From: Prorocentrum cordatum
Taxonomy: Eukaryota
Assembly: GCA_963575745.1 (NCBI GenBank)
Contig: CAUYUJ010000011.1
Coordinates: 1 to 64,000 of the forward strand
DNA: 64,000 nt
Reading direction: 5' to 3'
Of the stretch, positions 47,265 through 62,805 are shown one piece after another. How positions within the stretch are numbered: position 1 is the first letter of the stretch; each line of letters begins with the position of its first letter. Under the pieces are notes generated by a model, which worked only from the letters and a program-made list of their open reading frames with translations, was not told where the DNA came from and did not search any database. The position numbers and the translations under genes are program-made.

Positions 47265-48090
47265 ATCTGCCCGCAGACTGTAAACGTGGGTTTTCGCTGG
47301 TTCCCACATGCGTGCACGGCGAACGCTCAAAATGTCAGCCGCAGACATTACTATTGGCGGAGCGGGCGGTGCCGCGATTGCCAGAGGTCCCGGGGGAATC
47401 CTTGGCGAGCACACGGTGGACTGTCCGAAGGGCCCAACACGCCCCACATCTCGCCCCAAGACGCCCACGACGGCTCCAAAACGTGTTTTGACAGATGCCC
47501 ACCGTCTGTAAAGGTGGGTTCTCGCCCGCTTCCCCATGCGGGCGCGGCGAACACCGAGAATGGCGTTCCCAGAGAACTTCAAACAACCTCCGTTAAAGGC
47601 TCCGAACTACCGCCTCCTGACCCTTGAGAGGTCCGCCTCGGCAGCATTGTAGACCGCCTCGCCAATCCATTCCCGCATCTCTGCACACCCTCTTCCACCC
47701 CAGAGGCCCCGACACGGCCCGCATCTCGCTCCAAGACGCCCACGACGGTTCGAGAACGTGTTCTGACAGATGCCCGCCGTCTGTCAAGGTGGGTCCTCGC
47801 CCGTTTCCACATGCGTGCATAACGAACACTGGGAATGACAGCCGCAGAAACCACTGTTGACTGTGCGCGCGGTGCCGCGATTGTCGGGTGGCCCCCGGGG
47901 AATCATTCTCGAGCACGCGATAGACTGTCCAAGGGGGCCCCGACACGCCCCACATGTCGCTCCAAGACGTTCCCGACGGCTCCAAAACTTACTTTGACAG
48001 CTGCCCACCGTCTGTAAAGGTGGGTTCTCGCACGTTTCCCCATGCGTGCACGGCAGACACTGAGAATGGTAATGCCAGCCGCAGAATTCA
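47265..48090 (+). repeat. Four degenerate ~230-275-bp tandem units
   Basis: TGCCCnCCGTCTGTnAAGGTGGGTTCTCGC...CATGCG-like recurs near 47270, 47497, 47771 and 48002. Confidence 0.85.
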
Positions 48091-48249
48091 CTGCTATCAG
48101 ACGCTTCTTTGAGCCCAGGGCGTTCCCACGACCGCGCCACGACGGTCCCAGCGTGCCACCACAAAGGCGCCCAAGAGGCCCTCAGGAGCAACATGCCACT
48201 ACCGCCGGTCACCCAAGGAGTCGGCGGTGTGGCGTAAACCCAAGAATCT

Positions 48250-49241
48250 ATTGAGGGCTCCATGGTTTCACGCGGGATTCCTGTCTGGTTTATCGCTCCT
48301 TCGATGCCCACGTGGCGAACTTCGCCTTGGGATTGAACACACACTTTTACTGTTCTGGAGTTCCCGCTGTAAGGAACGAGCATCGCATCCAACGAGCAAC
48401 CATTAGGATGTTGGAAGGTGGCCAAAATAGATCTGAAATCACCGTCGGTCGCAAATGACAACATATCATCCAACTTTGCGCGATCATCCGGAATTAGAAA
48501 ACTCCGAAGTGGTTGACCTACCACACATTCGACCGCGACAATATGGTGAAATCGAGGGCAAGCTGTAACTATAAACCCGCGTGGGAGCTCCACTGTAGCA
48601 GTTCCATAACTGCTTTCGATTAGCCGCTCCATATCTGCTTGCAATGAAAACACATAAAGAGTACACGCCGATATGCAAACGAACAATCCAATCGAACTAA
48701 TGCATGACAACATGCAACTGCAGGCGGCCACCACGAAGGAACTCAACCCCATGGGCACGGCGACCAAATGGAAAACGATAATACCTGACAGACAAACCTC
48801 CACATGAACGCCAGCCAGAACCCAGATGATCGGCAAAACCAGCATCACAACAAAGCACTCTTCTGCTTGGGTTGCTGTACGCTCGTCGCCACTAATCTCA
48901 AACCAAAACAAAGACAACGTTACCCCTGCCGCCACAATGACGGCATCCATCCACCACGACTGCGGGGGAACCAAAAACTGCGTCACTATACAGATCATGA
49001 TATAAACAGTGTTCACAATGAAAGCCAGTAAACTAGACAAAATATCAGGTACAGTCCAGAAAAAATAAGCCAATGTAACGATATTGCAGAGCCAAGCGCG
49101 CCGGCTGAAAGGTGAAGACTGAAATGCAAGATCGTGCGTCCTCGTTCTAAGCGCTAGTAAGCCGCACACGAGACTGACGCCAGGAATGCCATAACGGCTG
49201 GGAGGAGGCGACGCGTCGGCTTCGAGCAACGCCCGCCGCAT
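48250..49241 (-). CDS. Intronless multi-pass membrane protein with PAS-like domain; probable retrogene, 3' end runs into repeat sequence
   Basis: ATG 49241. About six hydrophobic segments, then MERLIESSYG..GFIVTACPRF..VVGQPLRSFLIPDDRAKLDDML..FQHPNG (PAS-like pattern). Lower GC than flanks. DinoSL relics upstream. Confidence 0.65.
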
Positions 49242-49274
49242 CACGACTCGTAAGCGACACTGCGAAACCTGAAG

Positions 49275-49316
49275 TTTAGCCAAAGGTTGACCTGAGCCTG
49301 AGCCACAGGGTACGGA
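49275..49316 (-). other. Tandem relict dinoflagellate spliced leaders
   Basis: Minus strand TCCGTACCCTGTGGCTCAGG (49316-49297) and CCTTTGGCTAAA (49286-49275), compared with DCCGTAGCCATTTTGGCTCAAG. Confidence 0.68.
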
Positions 49317-49829
49317 ACTTTGCGGCGGGCGCCGCGCTTCTCTCGGTGGCCCTGCCTCGGACGCTTCGCGGCCGCGGGCGCACAGCGAGCCGCGACTCAC
49401 CGAGGCCAACTGAAAATGCACGTCCCGATTATGGGAGGGTGCGCCGCTGGATAACCCCAAGGGGGGAGGGGGGGACCCCCCCCCCTTTCCTCGATCCGTC
49501 GTCGGGGACCGCCCCCCCCTCCCCCCCTTCCCCGATCCGTCGTCGGGTACCCCCCCCCGTTTCCTCGATCCGTTGTCGGGGACCCCCCCCGCCTCCCCCT
49601 CTTTCAAAAGGAGGGGGGGGCGTCCGAACCCCCCTCCCCTCCTCCCCACGTTCGGGGGGGGGTCCGATCCCCCCCCCGCCCCCCCTTTGGCCGCAACCTC
49701 CCCCCCCCTCCCCCCTTTTCGCCACGCCGCCCCCTGACTTTGGAACCCGATCACCGCCACCCCTACCCCTAGTCCTCACCCTAACCCAAACCCCCTAATC
49801 CTAACCCCAACCACTGATCCCAGCCCCAA

Positions 49830-51760
49830 AGAATACTCACTACTCATTGCGCACTACCCACTACTGACTACTCGCTATCCGCTACTCACTTCTCACTACC
49901 CCCTACTCACTACTCACGACTCACTACTCACTATCCACTATCCACGACTCACTACCCACCACCCACTATTCGCTACTCGCTACTCCCTACTGACTACTCC
50001 CCCCTCCCTCCTCCCTACTCACTACTCACTACTCACTCCTCACTAATCACTACTCACTACTGCCTACTCGCAAATCACTACCCATTACCCACTACCCAGT
50101 ATCCACTACTCACTACTCATTGCCCACAAATCACTACTCACTACCCACTACTCGCTATTCGCTACTCCCTACTCCCTACACAATACTGACTACCCAGTAC
50201 TCGATACTCACTGCTCGCTACTCCCATAGTCGCTACTCAATACTCACTAGTCACTCCCCGCTACTCACTACTTACTACTCACTACTCCCTACTCACTAGT
50301 CACCACATGATCTCTAGTCACTAGTCACAACTGACTAGTCACTAGTCACTACTCACTACCCACTACTCACTAATCGCTACTCACTACCCACTATTCGCTA
50401 CTCATTTCTTTCTGTTCACTGCTCACTACTCCCTACGTCGTACTCCCTACGCACTACCTACTACCCACTACTCACTACTCGCTACTCCCTTCTCATTACT
50501 AACTCGTCACTACCCACTACTCACTACTGACTACTCGCTACTCACTACCCACTACTCACTACGCCCTACTCGCTCCTCACTACTCACTACTCGCTACCCC
50601 CTACTCGCTACTCACTACTCACTACCCACTGCCACTACCCACCACGCTCTGTTCATCACTACTCACTACTCACTACGCACTACGTACTACTCAGTACTCA
50701 ATACTCAGTACTCAGTACTCACTACTCGCTACTCTCTACACACTACTCACTACTCACTATTCACTACTTACTTCTCACTACTCACTACTCACTACGCACT
50801 ACGCACTACCCACTACTCACTACTCACTAATCACTACTCGCCACCCACTACTCACTACCCACTACTCACTACCCATTACTCATTACTCCCTTCTCCCTAC
50901 TCAGTGCTCACTACTCGCTACTCGCTACTCACTACCCACTACTCACTACTCGCCACTCACTACTCACTTATCAGTACACACTACTCACTATTCACTACTC
51001 ACTGCTCCCAACTCCCTACTCCCTACTCGCCATTCACTACCCACTACTCACTATCCAGTACTCACTAACCGCATGCCGATGATAATAAAGGGACCCCCCC
51101 TTCAGTGTTTAGAATTGATTATCGTCGCCCTATACAAAATTCAAATTGGGCGGCGAGCGCTAAGGCCGAACTTCATTATCACCTCGAAACGCTATGTTGA
51201 GATAGCAACATCAAGCGATGTTGATATAGCAACATCAAGCGAAGCGATCACACTTTTTCAGGATGTGTCAAGCGAAACCGATAATTTTTGGGAGGCAGAC
51301 TCAAACGAAACGAGCAATGTTCTTATTATTATTATACTTTCCTCTTCTTCTTTTATATTTCTCTCTGTCCCCACGCTCGCCTGAACTTTTTTTATCTCTG
51401 GGGTTGATTATCCATGGAAATTGAGGCACATGAGCTACCCTACACGAGCACTTACAAAAAACAATTTTCATGAGAGATAAGCCATTGTTGAGGATATTTC
51501 TATGAAAACTAAACGCCAAGGATGTCTCAAAACGTGCTCGGCTTGGTCTCCTCTTGATCATCTCTTACTTCGAGATTATGCTGAGGTCTGCTGGGCTACT
51601 TTTATTATCTCTCCCTGAACCCCGAACTTTATTATCCCCTAGTGTTTATTCTCACGGGCAAGAGGTTACTCACTACGCACTACTCACTACCCAATACTCA
51701 CTACGCACTAACTCAATACTTTCTACTCACCACTCCCAACTCCGTACTCCCTACACACCT
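49830..51760 (+). repeat. 7-bp (CTACTCA)n degenerate satellite, interrupted by a MITE
   Basis: Direct inspection. Confidence 0.95.
51068..51666. mobile_element. 599-bp AT-rich MITE with TA target-site duplication (Tc1/mariner-like)
   Basis: TA|ACCGCATGCCGATGATAATAAA ... TTTATTCTCACGGGCAAGAGGT|TA (TIR 17/22). Removing it restores CTCAC-TA-CTCAC. Confidence 0.82.
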
Positions 51761-51839
51761 TCTCCTGCGCAGAAAGGAGAAGCGAGAGAGGCCCCCCTCC
51801 CTGGCTCTCTTTCCGGCGCAAAAGGGGGGGAGGGGGGAG

Positions 51840-52036
51840 GGGGGGGTTCCGACCCCCCCCCCCTTTTCCAGCGCCAAGGGAAGGAGGGGGGGGTCCGGAC
51901 CCCCCCCCGCCTTCAAGGGGCGGGGGGGGGCGGGGGGGTTCGGACCCCCCCCCCTCTGAAGGGGGGAAGGGGGGGGAGTTCTGGACCCCCCCCTTGGAAG
52001 GAAGGGAGGGAGGGGGGGGGGGGTTCTGCACCCCCA
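51840..52036. repeat. Cluster of five G(n)-TCCGGA-like-C(n) palindromes
   Basis: For example GGGGGGGTCCGGACCCCCCC; similar units at ~49613-49680. Confidence 0.8.
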
Positions 52037-52609
52037 TTTCCTTTACTGTATTCAGGGAGATGCACTGGCGCACTTTCCCAACTATGCGCGAAAATAGACG
52101 CCGATACCAATCTCTGCTGCACGGGTGTTAACGGCACGGACGGGGTGTCCGTGCAAACTTCACTCCACGACGCCATTCTGGACACGGCCACGGCGCACAC
52201 TGCAACTCTTGCTGGGGAAAAAGAGTCGAATCGCAATGACCACGCGAAGTTACCGCTTTACACGCGCAAGCCGTTTTTTTACGGGGACAAGCACGAGTAA
52301 CACGCCGACGGGGTCCCAACGGCGGCGCGGCATCGGTACCCGTTTTCCTTGTGGACTACCAGGCAAAGCGCATGCGGCCGCATAGGGCCGAGGCAGAGGG
52401 CGGGCCGTTTTCCCAACGCTGGCCCTCGGGGCGAGCCGTCGCGGCCCCAGGGGGGGGCGGAGGAGACAACCGCTTCCAGGGTCATCTTCACACGTGCTCG
52501 GGGCAGCAGCTTGGAGGCTCGGAGCCCAGTCCGCTCCCGAAGTGGCCGCAATGAACTCCGCCAGAGCTGCTCAGGAAGTGGAAACAAGAGGCAACACATG
52601 TGACGGCCG

Positions 52610-52765
52610 ACCTCCTCCTCTTCCTCCTCCTCTTCCTCCTCCTCCCCCTCCTCCTCCTCCTCTTCCGCCTCCTCCTCCTCCTCCTCCTCCCCCATCCTCC
52701 TCTTCCTCCCCCTCCTCCTCTTCCTCCTCCTCCTCCTCGTAGTCTTCCTCGTCCTCCTCCTCCTC

Positions 52766-52796
<31 letters not shown>

Positions 52797-54780
52797 TTCT
52801 CCTCTTCCTCCCCGTGCCCCTCCTCCCGCCCCCTTCATCGACATTCCTTCCCCTATTTCCCCCTCCTTCTCTTCTAATTCCAGGGCCCCCCAATCACCTT
52901 TACTACAAGGGCTGAGAGGAGAAGGATGAGACCGAAGAAAACCCCCAAACATAATTGTTTGGGGCTGTAGGGCTATAGGTCTATAAGGCTATAGGGATAT
53001 AGGGCCATAAGGCCCCAGGGTTGTAGGGCTATGGGGCTATAGGGTTGTGGGGCTATTGAGCTATAGGGCGATAGGTCCATAGAACTATAGGGCTACAGGC
53101 ATATAGAACTAAAGAGCTATAAGGCTATAGAGCTGTACGGCTAGAAGGCGATTGGGCTAAAGAGCTATAAGGCTATAGGGCTAATGGGGGTATAGGGCTA
53201 TGGGGCTATAGGGTATAAGGCTATAGGGCGGAGGATGGTGCACCCTGCTGCTCCAGTCCGGTGGGCCCGGCCAGATCCGGCGCTGCTGGCGGATCTGGTG
53301 GGTCCGGTGGGTCCGGCGAGTCCAGTGAGTCCAGCGGGTCCGAGGAGTCCGGTGAGTCCGGCGAGTCCGGTGGGTCTGGCGGGTCCTGTGAGTCTGGTGC
53401 CTCCTCCGCTGGCGCCGGTGGGTCCGGTGAGTCCGGTGAGTCCAGTGAGTCTGGCGAGTCCGGTGAGGCAATATGGCAGCTGTTTTAGGGCCCTGGGACC
53501 GCTGGAACTCGGTCCGGGACGCACTCAAACTCGGACTCCCCCACACTCGCACTCACTCATATCTCATACTCAGACTCATCCGCACTCAGACTCACTCACA
53601 CCCTGACTCAAGCACAATTAAACTAAATAGCACACAAACCTATTCACACACAGACCACTCACACTGCTAGAAGCTTCAGCTCATACACAGTCACACTCAG
53701 GCGCGCACTCATATACACTCACACTCTACTTCTCCTCCGCCCTCTCATTCTCGTACTCCTCCTCCTCCCGCTACCCAATTCCGTTCGCTCTCCTCCTCCC
53801 CCTTGTTTTCCTCCTTCTGCTCATTCTCTTTCCTCCTCCTCGCTCCCCTCCCCATTCTCTCCCTGATCAAGATCATTCGCCTGGGCATCGTTGCTGGATG
53901 GGCATCGACGCACACAGACCCGTTCACAAACAGACCACTCACACTCCTATAAGCTTAAGCTCATGCACGCTCACACTCAGGCGCACACTCATATACACTC
54001 ACACTCCACTTCTCCTCCCCAATCTCATTCTGTACTCCTCCTCCTCCCGCTGCTCAATTCCGTTCGCTCTCCTCTTCCCCCTCGTTTTCCTCCTTCTCCT
54101 CATCCTCTTTCCCCCTCCTCGCTCCCCTCCCCATCCTCTCCCTGATCAAGATAATTCGCCTGGGCATCGTTGCTGGATGGGCATCGACTGCAGGGCCGAT
54201 AGACGCATTAGGGCCACTGGTGGCAATCGTCTGCCATCGTCTGCAGCAGACGATAGCAGACGATAGGACCAGCTAGCGGCCGCCAGGAACCGCTGCAGAC
54301 GATTGCAGACGATAGGTCCAGCTGAGGGCCGCCAAGAACTGGTGCAGACGATTGCAGACGATGGCAAACGATAGGATCTGATAGGGGCCGCCAAGGGTGG
54401 TTGTCGTCTGCTACCGTCTGCAGCAGGGGATAGCAGACGATAGGGCTACCTAGGGGCTGCCAGGGCCCGCTGCAGACGATAGAGAAATGGTGCAGACGAT
54501 AGCAGACAATGGGATCTGATAGGGGCCGTCGGGGGCGGCTGTCGTCGGCTATCGTCTGCAGCAGACGATAGCGGACGATAGCAGACGATAGGACCAACTG
54601 GGAGCTTCCAGGACCCGCTGCAGACGAAAACTGATGATAGCACGCAACCAGGTGTGGAGCCGGCAGGAACCGCAAGGGGCAAACAGGAGGCAACAAGGCA
54701 CTTGGGTGCAATCGTCTGCTATCGTCTTCTATCGTCTGCTACCGTCTTCTATCGTCTGCTTTCGTCTGCTATCGTCTGGC
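52610..54780. repeat. Mosaic of simple repeats: (TCC)n, GGGCTATA(G) 9-mer, GTCCGGTG(A/G) 9-mer, a ~280-bp duplication (53630/53930) and GCAGACGATA 10-mers in both orientations
   Basis: Direct inspection. Confidence 0.85.
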
Positions 54781-55984
54781 ACCAAAGAGCCGACAGCGTT
54801 TGCAACTACAATGTGTTTTTTGAGCCTTCTCACTTTTTCGCTTCCGATGGGCTCTTGAGGCCTCAAGATGGGCCCAAGGTAGCCCAAGGGAGCCCCAAGA
54901 GGGGCTGAAGAGGGCCCCAAGACGGCCCCCAGAGCGCCCAAGAGCGCTCCAAGAGCGGCCAATGAGGGTCCCAAGACGCCCTTTTTAAGCCTCCGAGGGA
55001 AAGGACCTGAATTTCGGACATCCCTCTTTTTGAACAACTGGGGGCCAAGACGGCCCCAAGAGGCTTCCCACGCCCCCACAAAGAACCCCAAGAGGGCCGC
55101 AAGACACCCAAAAAGAGCATGCCTAAGAGGGCCCCAAGAGACCCCCAAGATGGCTCAAAGAGACCTCCGAGAAAACGCGTCCGAGGCGATTGTTACACAG
55201 CCTGCTTCCACCATCACCGTCAGCACCAGCAGCAGCACCAGCAGCAGCAGAAGCAGCACCACAATCACCACCAACAGCACTAGCAGCAGCGGCAGCACCA
55301 GCAGCACCACCACAACCACCACCAGCACTAGCAGCAACACCAGCGGCACCAGCAACACCAGCAGCACGAGAACCGGCAACACCAGCAGCAGCAGCAACAC
55401 CAGCAGCAGCAGCAGTACCAGCTGAGGCAACAGCACCAGCAGCAACACCAACACACTTCGCTACAAGTGATATCCCAATTCACCGATGTTGCCCGCGCTG
55501 TTTCACTATGTGCGTCTCTCCCCCCCTTCTCCCGTCAGCTCTCCTGGGCATCGTTCCTGGATGGGCTGGTGGGAATACTTTTTTGGGTCAGCGGTTCCGA
55601 GGCAACGGACAGGGAGCGGAAGCGGCGTCCGGGTCACGGTACGGGGCTAATTTGCAAGACAATTTGCCGTCAGAGTTGGCGGACAAAGCTCGCACCTGCA
55701 AGACAAACTCGCAGTTGCACGTGCACAGAACAAAATGAACTAAATTCTCAGGGCAAACGCACAAAGGCGCCGCAGCCCGAACCGAAGTGGGCAGGCCGCC
55801 GTGATGAATGTGCGGATACATCGAAGTGAGTCGCCAGGGCGGCGCCAAGCTGGTGGGAATACGCGGAACGTCAACAATTGCCCTCCAGAGGCCTCCGATA
55901 ATACTCTGAAGAGGCCCGAAAAAACATCCCCGAGGACTCTGGCCCACAACCCAAGCACTGTGACGGGGTGGGACAACGCCCATT

Positions 55985-57735
55985 AAGATGATCATGAACA
56001 TCATCAGCATCGTTGTGATAGGCATCTTCGACCACATCATGGGCAGCATCAGTGTCATCAATATCTACACCAACAACACATGTATCATCATCGTAAACGT
56101 CAGCATCCCATCAGCATCAACATCCGCATCGCGGATGCCAAAAATACCATCAACCGCATCCTTGTCGCCACTAATTATCCACACCAGCAACATGCGCATT
56201 GTCATAGTAAGCGCCATCACCCTAACCAGCATCAACGTCCACAAACAAATCGCCAGAAACATCATCATCGTGAACGTCGCCGTCTGTAGCATCCGAATCA
56301 TCATCGTACTCTTCATCAGCATCATCGTAATCATTATCACAACTATCAGCACCATCATCATCATCATCATCTTCATCATCATCATCATCATCATCATCAC
56401 AACCACTATCGTAACAATGAGCGTCATCAGCAGTACCCCCGTCGACACAATTATCGCCACGATCGTCCAAACCCTCCTCATCGTCATAAGAAAAAACTTC
56501 GGCCTCATCATCATCGTTGTCGCCATCATCATCATCATCGGCATCACCACCATGAACACAGGATCTCCGGGGACCTCCGGGGAGCTTTGTGGATCTCTAG
56601 GGGTCGAGGTCCAGGGCGGGAGCAAAACCTGCCATCAACAGCTAACTTGTCACCACTATCCACACCAACAACATGCGCATTGTCGCAGTAAGCACCATCA
56701 CCCTAATCAGCATCAGCGTCCAGAAGCAAATCACCAGAACATAAGTATCATGAACGCCGCCATGTGCAGCATCCAGGTCATCATCGTACTTGTCATCATC
56801 GCCTAAATCACTATCGCAATATCAGCACCACCACCGTCACAATCAAAACCGTTACATGATCGCCATCAGCATACCCCCCGTCGACGGAGTCATCACCGCG
56901 ATCGTCCAATCATCCTCATCATCATAAGCACACGCTTCGTTGTAGTAATCATCATCGTCATGGGCATCACCACAACGAACACAATCAGCATCATCATTAC
57001 CACCGTCGTCGTTATGATTATCGTATGCCTCATCATTAACTATCATCTACATATTTCCTTCTCTGCCTCCTCACCAGCACCGTTCATGCCGTCGTCCTCC
57101 TCATCACTTTTCAACAACGATCGCATTTCCATAATAAGGGCCCTCGCCCTGATCAACATCAACGTTCGAAAGCAAACCACTCGAAACATCATTATCGTGA
57201 ACACCGCCATCTGCAGCATCCAAGTCATCATCGTACTCATCATCATAATCATGATCCAAAACGGGCATATCAACATCAGCACCAACATCATCACAACCAA
57301 AACCGTTGCAATGATCGGCATCAACATGTCCCCCGTCGACGGAATCATCACCAAGAACGTACAAACCATCCTCCTCCCTATAATTAAGCGCACTCTTCAG
57401 TTCACCATTATCATCGTCGTCGTCATCATAATTGTCATGGGCATCACCACCACGAGCACAATCAGCATCATCATTACCATCGTCGTCGTTATGATCATCA
57501 CTTCCCTCATCATTACGATGGTCCTTATGACATGCCACCTCTACCTGCTTCCCTCTTTTCCTCCTCACCAGCACCGTTCATTTTTTTGTACCCCCTCCAT
57601 TTCTTCAACAGCGGGCGCATTGCCATAATGAGCGGCATCGCCCTGATCAGCATAAACGTGCAAAAGCAAAGCGCCAGAATAAAATTATCGTGAACGCCGC
57701 CAGCTGCAGCATCCAAATCATCATCGTACTCATCG

Positions 57736-57775
<40 letters not shown>

Positions 57776-57790
57776 AATCCCTATCTCGAT
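55985..57790 (+). repeat. Four ~450-490-bp tandem units built from degenerate (ATC)n
   Basis: TG(C/T)AGCATCC..(A/G)TCATCATCGTACT recurs near 56285, 56765, 57212 and 57704. Confidence 0.85.
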
Positions 57791-59344
57791 ACCAGCGCTA
57801 TCACCAATGCAATCAAAATCGTCAGGTAATCCGGGAGTCCGGTGAACCCGGGAGACCGGTGGGTCCTGCGAGTCCAATGAGTCCGGCGAGTCCGGCGAGT
57901 CCGGTGGGTCTGGTGGGTCCGGTGGGTCCGGTATGTCCAGTGTGTCCGGTATGTCTTGTGTGTCCGGTGTGTCCGGTGTGTCCGTTGTGTCCGGTATGTC
58001 CGATGTGTCCGGTGTGTCCAGTGGCCGGCGTGTCCGGTGAGTCTGGCGAATCCGGCGCGGTGGCTGTGGGGCAGCAGGGAGGGCCGTTCTGCCCGGGCGG
58101 GCCGCGAAAATCGGCGGCACACCTCACCGAACCATATGAATGCGCTTGGACCTCTACAGAGGCAAGGCAACCTCTGATCGGGCAACTACGAACACGCATC
58201 GATGCGGTGGCAAAACGACGCGCAGTGCTGCGCGTGCGTTCATTTCCACTGGAAATGAACGTGCGTCCAAAATGGGCACGGGAAAACGCCGCGGGTTCCC
58301 GGCCCCCGCGCCCCAGGGCCGAAACGGCAGCAGCAATGGGGGGTTGTTGCAGGGCAGAGAAAGCAGATAAAATTGCGGGCTACCGTTCGAATTTGGTGCT
58401 TAAGCGATTATGCTTGCGCCGTCGCTTCCAGCACGCAAGCCATTTCGGGACCAACGAGGCGTCGTAAACAATTGCAGCGGGATCGGTGAGCCTGGTTCCA
58501 CCGCGCCCCAGGAGTTGCTGACTTTTCGGTGCCCCGAGGCGTTTTGGCCCCTCATGCGCCGGCCGCCAGATCTGTCACGGCTCGTGAGGAGGGGCTCCAA
58601 TTACTCCGGGCAAGACTCCTAGAGCAAGCCGAAGTAGGCTGACGCATCCCGCGATCAGCACGCGCAACAGGAGACAAAGCTGCACGAAGACCTTCTCCTG
58701 ACTCATTAAACATTGCCAAAGGAACGAGGACAGCAGACACTTTGAGGGGCACGGCAATGCGATGGACGCGCTGCGCGCAAAGAAAACCTGCTGCTCCACG
58801 AGCACAGGTCATGGTGACAGCCCCTCGATTGCATGACTCGCTAAATCGCACCAGCAAGCGTAGTTCGTCTTGTGCGGGCGATCTCTCACATGTCCTGCTG
58901 CGTCGCATTCGCGAACATAGTTCACGAGACGCAGGTGCCGCCGTCTCCTCCTGCATCGCTCGCGAACTCCGTTCGCGCCGTGCGATCGTGCCGTTGCGTT
59001 CTGCAGCTGGAGCATGCGCGGCGCAACCTATTGGCGCCTACCCCATCAGCGACGCGTTTTCATCGTCCGTCCCCAGGTCGCTGCGGCGGGGGCTGGGCGG
59101 TTCTCCTCGCGCCTCTCGCCGCCCAGTCTGACAGCGGCGCGGTCGTGCTTGGGCTTCCCGCGCATCGGGTCCAAGATGAGCTCCCGGCCGCTGCCCCCCC
59201 CCATGACGTCGGCCCTCGCGTCGCGAGTGCCGCGCCGGGCACCCGGGCGTGCAGCGAAAATCGGCGACAAACCTAACCATATGAATCCGCTAGGACCCCT
59301 ACAAAGGCAAGCTCTGATGGGAGAATATATGTATACAGATACAT

Positions 59345-62363
<3,019 letters not shown>

Positions 62364-62463
62364 NNNNNNNNNNNNNNNNNNNNNNNNNNNNNNNNNNNNN
62401 NNNNNNNNNNNNNNNNNNNNNNNNNNNNNNNNNNNNNNNNNNNNNNNNNNNNNNNNNNNNNNN
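62364..62463. other. Assembly gap (100 N)
   Basis: Run of N; contiguity across it is not assured. Confidence 1.
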
Positions 62464-62805
62464 CCGCATGCGAACACCCCCACTGGGGCCTTCGGTGGAG
62501 CTCCCTATGGGGCTACGAAACGATGCCCTGGGTGGGGGAACCGCATGCGAACACACCCACTGGGGCCTTCGGTGGAGCTCCCTATGGGGCCACGAAACGC
62601 TGCCCTGGGTGGGGGAACCGCATGTGGACACCCCACTGGGGCCTTCGGTGGAGCTCCCTATGGGGCTACGAAGCGCGTGAGAGGTGTGCCGAGAGCAGAG
62701 GCAAGGAGGGGGAGGAGGGAGGAGGGGGAGGAGGAAGGAGGAGGGGAACGCGGGGCACCGTCTCTTCAAAACGAGGACCCAACACCACAGGATGGTTGGG
62801 AAAAA
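62464..62805 (+). repeat. Three ~78-bp tandem units followed by a short hairpin and A5 end
   Basis: CCACTGGGGCCTTCGGTGGAGCTCCCTATGGGGC x3, then CCAACACCACAGGATGGTTGGGAAAAA. Confidence 0.85.

Noticed and set aside
47784..49760. Full 658-aa ORF as annotated
   Set aside because: Both ends are read through repeat DNA; only ~48250-49241 looks coding.
49760..49812. Telomeric repeat
   Set aside because: Only a few degenerate CCCTAA-like units; no regular (CCCTAAA)n array.
57822..58199. Collagen-like Gly-X-Y ORF (also 53198-53524)
   Set aside because: Product of a 9-bp GTCCGGT-type minisatellite that is open in several frames.
62464..62680. CRISPR-like 34-bp repeats with spacers
   Set aside because: The intervening sequences are also near-identical, so this is a ~78-bp tandem repeat.
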